Of a stretch of 64,000 nt of DNA, positions 59,228 through 64,000 are shown piece by piece; positions within the stretch are counted from its first letter, which is position 1; each line of letters opens with the position of its first letter. The position numbers and the translations under genes are program-made. The stretch comes from Felis catus (Eukaryota). Under the pieces are notes generated by a model, which had not been told where the DNA came from, did no database searches, and saw only the letters and a program-made list of their open reading frames with translations. The stretch lies in assembly GCF_018350175.1 (NCBI RefSeq), contig NC_058383.1, positions 12,216,001 to 12,280,000 of the forward strand, given 5' to 3'.

Positions 59228-60894
59228 TGGGAGGCTCGGACTCAAACAGTCAGATCGAGTCCTCCTTTCTACCGAGGCTCCAAACCATTTGGTTCGGTTT
59301 ACCGTCCTGCCACACACTGAGGTTGATTTGGGTGGAGGCGACCACGCCGGTCGTCGCCCAGAGGGACACTCACGCGTCCCGACCATTTCCCAGGCAGACC
59401 CAAACCGGGAGAACCATCTATCGGAGCCGCCGTCGGATTAACAAGTCTCCCGGTGGAACTTTCGCTACGGTTTCATTACGACCGCATCTGCAAAGCTTTG
59501 AGAGAGGCTGGTGGGGAGGAAAACCCACAGCTGTTTTTCAAGAAATTAATTTCTATCCCTGCAGTGATCAGTCCTGGTTAAGTGAGAGAATCAAATTATC
59601 TAAGTTACTTCTGCTGGGAAGGTCGGCTGCTCTGAATCCTGATGAAAAATAACACAATGGTGCTATTTAATTTAAAACCTCCGTCTGCTTCCCTTATAAT
59701 TCATAATGGTTATGCTTCGCGTACTTATGTAGTATCCAAGGCTCGCGAAGAACTTTGAGAGCATGAAGGATTCATCCGGGGGACCCTACAGGGGAGCAAG
59801 GCCGAGCCTCTCTCTCTCTCTCTCTGTCTCTCTGTCTCTCTCTCTCTGTCTCTGTAGGGACAGCAGACAGGTAGGACCGAGCCCCCTGACCTGGCTTCCC
59901 GACTGGCTTTTCCGCACAAGTCACCGCTCCCTCTGCGGTTGTTCAGGGCCTGGCAACACGACGAGCCAGACTAATATATTATACAAACGGACATCATGAC
60001 ATTAGGAGCATGAAAGAGATAAGGAGTTATGGCTTGCAAATGTGAATCAATAAAGACCACAGGCTTTCAGCCATTTCTTGCGGAGAAAGATGCCTCCATC
60101 GCTGCCGGCAGCCTGGCCGGCCTATGGCAGCCTTCTCCGAGAAAGTCTTCGATGTTGATCGAGTAGGTTCGTGCGTTACACAGACAGAACGGGCCGCGTA
60201 CAAATGACAACCGACACGCGCCCTGCCCTTGGCAGTTTAAAAAGCGCTTTCGCGTGTAGTAGGGCCATTGGCACACCCCCCCTCTGTTCCTTCTGTGCTT
60301 TCTCCATTCCTGGCTAAACCGTGAGGGACTGTTCACACCCCCTCCAGGCGACACACCAGCTGCCCCCACCCCACGACGTTGGCGCTCACGGCAGCGGGGA
60401 TCCTCGCAAGAGAGGGTTGACTTCGCTCCGCTCAGCGGCTGGTCACCGAGGACCAAACCACCAGCCATGTGGGACCTTCCGTCAGAGACCAGCTATCTGT
60501 CTCCTCTTCTGATCCGCGCAAAGAGTCCATGATACCCATGTCCGTGCTTTGTCGAGTGCCCACTTGACTTGCTTCGAACACAGCAACCATAAACCTTACC
60601 CCCGCCCCAGACCAGCCCAAGGTAACACAAAGGAAGAAACCGAGGCATATGCTTGCCCACGTTCGGAATCCAGCAATGGGTAGAGTCATTCAGATCTGCC
60701 CCCATCCACAGCCCGCGTACTTCCCCAGGAAAATCAGGACACGACAGACTACATGCTCCAGCGAAAAGTAGTTAACAGATACAGGCAGGCGCCCGTCCAG
60801 TCTGTGGCACCCCCTTCTTATGTGCTCCCGGCAACCGTGGTCTCTCCTGGTGGCACCGCCTCTGGGGAAGCCCTGCCCTGGTAGTGATAGACTT

Positions 60895-61200
60895 CTCAGA
60901 TGCTGGGATGGTTGTATCAATAGGAGCATGATGTCCAGACTAGGGGAGGTTACTTCAGAGGCCCCATTTCCTCTACGTATACTTGAAATATACCCAACTG
61001 AGAATCCTGACCTTCCAGAACACATCCAGGGAAAAGGGACTAATTTTAGCTACATCTGAACAATCTGACTCAAGGGACAAGGACTGAAAAACAACCTGTA
61101 AGAGGAAATGCGGCACAGCCGGGATATTCGTCTTCGAGGATTTGCTGGGGGAGAAAGCACCCTCGCTCCGTAGGAGACAAAGGATAGAGCTGAGTCGGGA
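60895..61200 (+). mobile_element. L3/CR1 LINE remnant
   Basis: ggttgtatcaataggagcatgatgtccagactaggggaggtt resembles CR1/L3 ggctgcattaatagaagtatagtgtccagaacgagggaggtg. Confidence 0.55.
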
Positions 61201-62269
61201 AGAGCAGGCCAGTTGGGGCAAATCTCTGCGAGCAGTGTGACCTCTTGGGCCAACTGCTATTGATGGGACAACATCAGCCCCTCCTCCTAGCATCCTAAGA
61301 CGACTGGTGCGATAATGTATGCAAACGCTTACGCTGGGGTCTGAACGCTGTCATCTTTTGGTCATTACCAGGCAGGGTTCTTGCCTTCCAGGGAGAGACA
61401 GGGACAATGGTGGGGGATGAGAGTTCTTCTCGGGACTGATTTCAGGCCAGATAGTTTGAAAAGCCAAAGTAACACAGCTAGCCTAGCTTTGGGATAAGGC
61501 GTCCGATTCCTTTCCTGAGCTGCTCTTCCGCTGGACGGAGGATAGGCCTGGCCCGTATTACTACGAAAGAATTTCTGAATCTCTCCCCCTTGAAGTAACA
61601 CTGCACATTCCCCAGAACAGGGAATCGTTTGGTGTGAAAATCTCTCTACACCGACCGGCAGCTGAAACCTTTCTGCTCTACCTTCTGCGAAAATAGGCCA
61701 TGTGGGATGGAACCGGCCAATTGGTGATGGGCCCTCCAAACAGATGGCTCAGGCTTCTAAGGCACAGTGACCGGAATCCAGCCAGCTTCCTGGATCTCAC
61801 TTTTTAGGTCACAGGAACTCTGTTTCTTTGTCTAAAAAAAAAAAAAAAAAGAAAAAGATTGGGGGAGGGGGAGAGGTGGGCACCATGGAGAAAAGCAAGT
61901 GGTTCCCATTTTCCACGACCGTGTGGCTCTACGGGGAGGACATCACAACGATCGCGTGGGGTGACAGAGCTGTGGGCACCAGAGTGGGAATGACCCAGGA
62001 AATTTCCAGAATCGGAGCCCAAGCGAGGGAAGGTACCCCTGTCCAGAGAGGGCCGCCCACCCCATGACAGGGGTGGCCAGCACAGACAGACGTCGGGACC
62101 AACTGGGGCACGGCCTGAGGGAGAGATACCGGCTGAGGGTCAGCCTGCGAGAAAGGCATTTGTGCCCACACGTCCCATCCCCCAGCCGGAACAAACCGCC
62201 AGCTTGTCCCCCAAACGCACTGGCGACTTCTGTTTCTTCTGCATGGGACGCCTCTGTCCTCTCCCGCCC

Positions 62270-62530
62270 TGCCCACCCAGAAAGCTGCTACTCTTCACGT
62301 TAAGACAAGCTCATAGATTTTCTCTCTCGTGAGACTTTCTTGGATCTCCAAGCAGAAGTAATCATTTCCCTGTGTGCGATTCCGTGACACTTCATCCATA
62401 CTTTATCGATGGCATGAAGGATATTGTCTTAGAGATAATTATCTCTGTGTCTGTGTCTTCCATCGGACTTAGAGCTCTTTAAGGTTAAAGGCATGGTTTC
62501 GTTGCTTTTGCGTCTCCAATTTTAAATGCC
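62270..62530 (+). mobile_element. L2 remnant
   Basis: ctactcttcacgttaagacaagctca...tgtgtcttccatcggacttagagctctttaagg. Confidence 0.6.
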
Positions 62531-62696
62531 AAGTCTTTGCGTGACAACCTGGAACCTTCTGCTCTTTCCCTCTCCTCACTCCCACTAGCCTCTAAGCTCT
62601 GTGTGGAGGCAGCAGCTGTGTGTGGTTGGCTGCCTATCCCCAGAACCCAGATTAGCCCATGGCATTTACTTTCTGAGCAACTGGACTGAATAGCGG

Positions 62697-62882
62697 AATG
62701 GATGGATGGCCAGACAGAGATAGGGAGGGATGGGTGGATGAATGAATGTTTAAATGGATGGATGGTTGGATGGATGGAGGAAGGAAGGATGGATGGATGG
62801 ATGAGTGGAGGGCTGGATGGATGGAGGGAGAAATGGATGGATGGATGGATGGATGGATCGATCAATCACTCAGTCAACTGAG

Positions 62883-62917
<35 letters not shown>

Positions 62918-63490
62918 CGGATGGATGGATGGATGGATGGATGGATGGATACATGGATGGATGGATGGATGGGTGGATGGATGGATGGATGGATGAGTGG
63001 AGTGCTGGATGGATGGATGGATGAGTGGAGCACTGGATGGATGGATAGAGGGAGAAATGGATGGATGGATGGATGGATGGATGGATGGATAGATGGATGC
63101 ATGGATAGAGGAAGAAATGGATGGATGGATGGATGGATGGATGGAGAAATAGATGGATAGATGGATGGATGGATCGATCGATCGATCAGTCACTCAGTCC
63201 ACTGAGAGATAGATAGATAGATAGATAGATAGATGGATACATGGATAGATGGATGGATGGATGGATGCATGGATAGAGGGAGAAATGGATGCATGGATGG
63301 ATGGATGGATGGAGAGCTGGATGGATGGATAGAGGGAGAAATGGATGGATGGATGGATGGATGGATGGATGGATAGATGGATGCATGGATAGAGGAAGAA
63401 ATGGATGGATGGATGGATGGATGGATGGATGGAGAAATAGATGGATAGATGGATGGATGGATCGATCGATCGGTCACTCAGTCCACTGAG

Positions 63491-63529
<39 letters not shown>

Positions 63530-63765
63530 CGGATGGATGGATACATGGATAGATGGATGGATGGATGGATGCATGGATAGAGGGAGAAATGGATGCATGG
63601 ATGGATGGATGGATGAGTGCTGGATGGATGGATAGAGGGAGAAATGGATGGATGGATGCATGGATGCATGGATGCGTGGATAGATGCATGGATAGAGGAA
63701 GAAATGGATGCATGGATGGATGGATGGATGGATGGATGGATGGATCAATCACCCAGTCAACTGAG

Positions 63766-63800
<35 letters not shown>

Positions 63801-64000
63801 CAGATAGATGGATGGATGGATAGATACATGGATGGATGGATGGATGGATGGATGCATGAATGCATGGATAGAGGGAGAAATGGATGCATGGATGGATGGA
63901 TGGATGGATAGATGCATGGATGGAGAAATGGATGGATGGATGGATGGATGGATGGATAGAGGAAGAAATGGATGGATGGATGGGCAGATGGATGAGTGGA
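62697..64000. repeat. (GGAT)n/(GATA)n compound microsatellite array with ~275-325-bp higher-order units
   Basis: direct reading; recurring anchor tcactcagtc(a/c)actgagag four times; runs off the window end. Confidence 0.97.

Noticed and set aside
442..59441. Recurrent ORFs of the type MAQSV.RPTSAQVMISR.VGSSPASGSVLTA.SLEPASDSVSPSLS (e.g. 442..642, 13480..13689, 38109..38693) suggesting a gene family
   Set aside because: They are translations of CAN-SINE bodies
62860..63770. CRISPR-like array (palindromic repeats at intervals)
   Set aside because: Mammalian DNA; spacers are ~270-310 bp of microsatellite rather than unique ~30-40-mers; no cas genes
62485..63917. IHPS/MDGW-repeat ORFs
   Set aside because: Translations of (GGAT)n
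1..64000. Naming the locus (e.g. a gene desert near a pluripotency or developmental TF gene)
   Set aside because: No exon is present to anchor the identity; it needs BLAT against a felid assembly

Overview
Non-coding, repeat-dense mammalian genomic DNA from a felid, most likely cat. The assignment rests on about 50 tRNA-derived CAN-SINEs, including young SINEC_Fc-type copies with intact target-site duplications (TSDs). I find no protein-coding exon, rRNA, tRNA, snRNA or CRISPR array. The listed ORFs I can explain are read-throughs of SINEs, L1 3' ends, CR1/L3 remnants or simple repeats; the rest show no recognisable homology. Other repeats include L1, MLT1 LTRs, MER DNA-transposon relics, MIR, L2 and microsatellites, all identified by eye from remembered consensus sequences, so subfamily names and old-repeat boundaries are approximate. 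Between the repeats lie unique islands dense in developmental TF motifs (Oct/Sox/TCF/ESRRB, PBX-HOX, TCF+STAT), suggesting a gene desert or large intron near a developmental regulator whose identity I cannot read from the sequence. The most notable observations are: a 300-bp ~98%-identical dispersed duplication abutting a second older local paralog; a 116-bp local duplication; a SINE whose body and one TSD copy show strongly AT->GC-biased changes; a higher-order GGAT/GATA array with palindromic anchors; two microexon-like splice architectures; and a possible L1 3' micro-transduction. I do not see a convincing new biological system.
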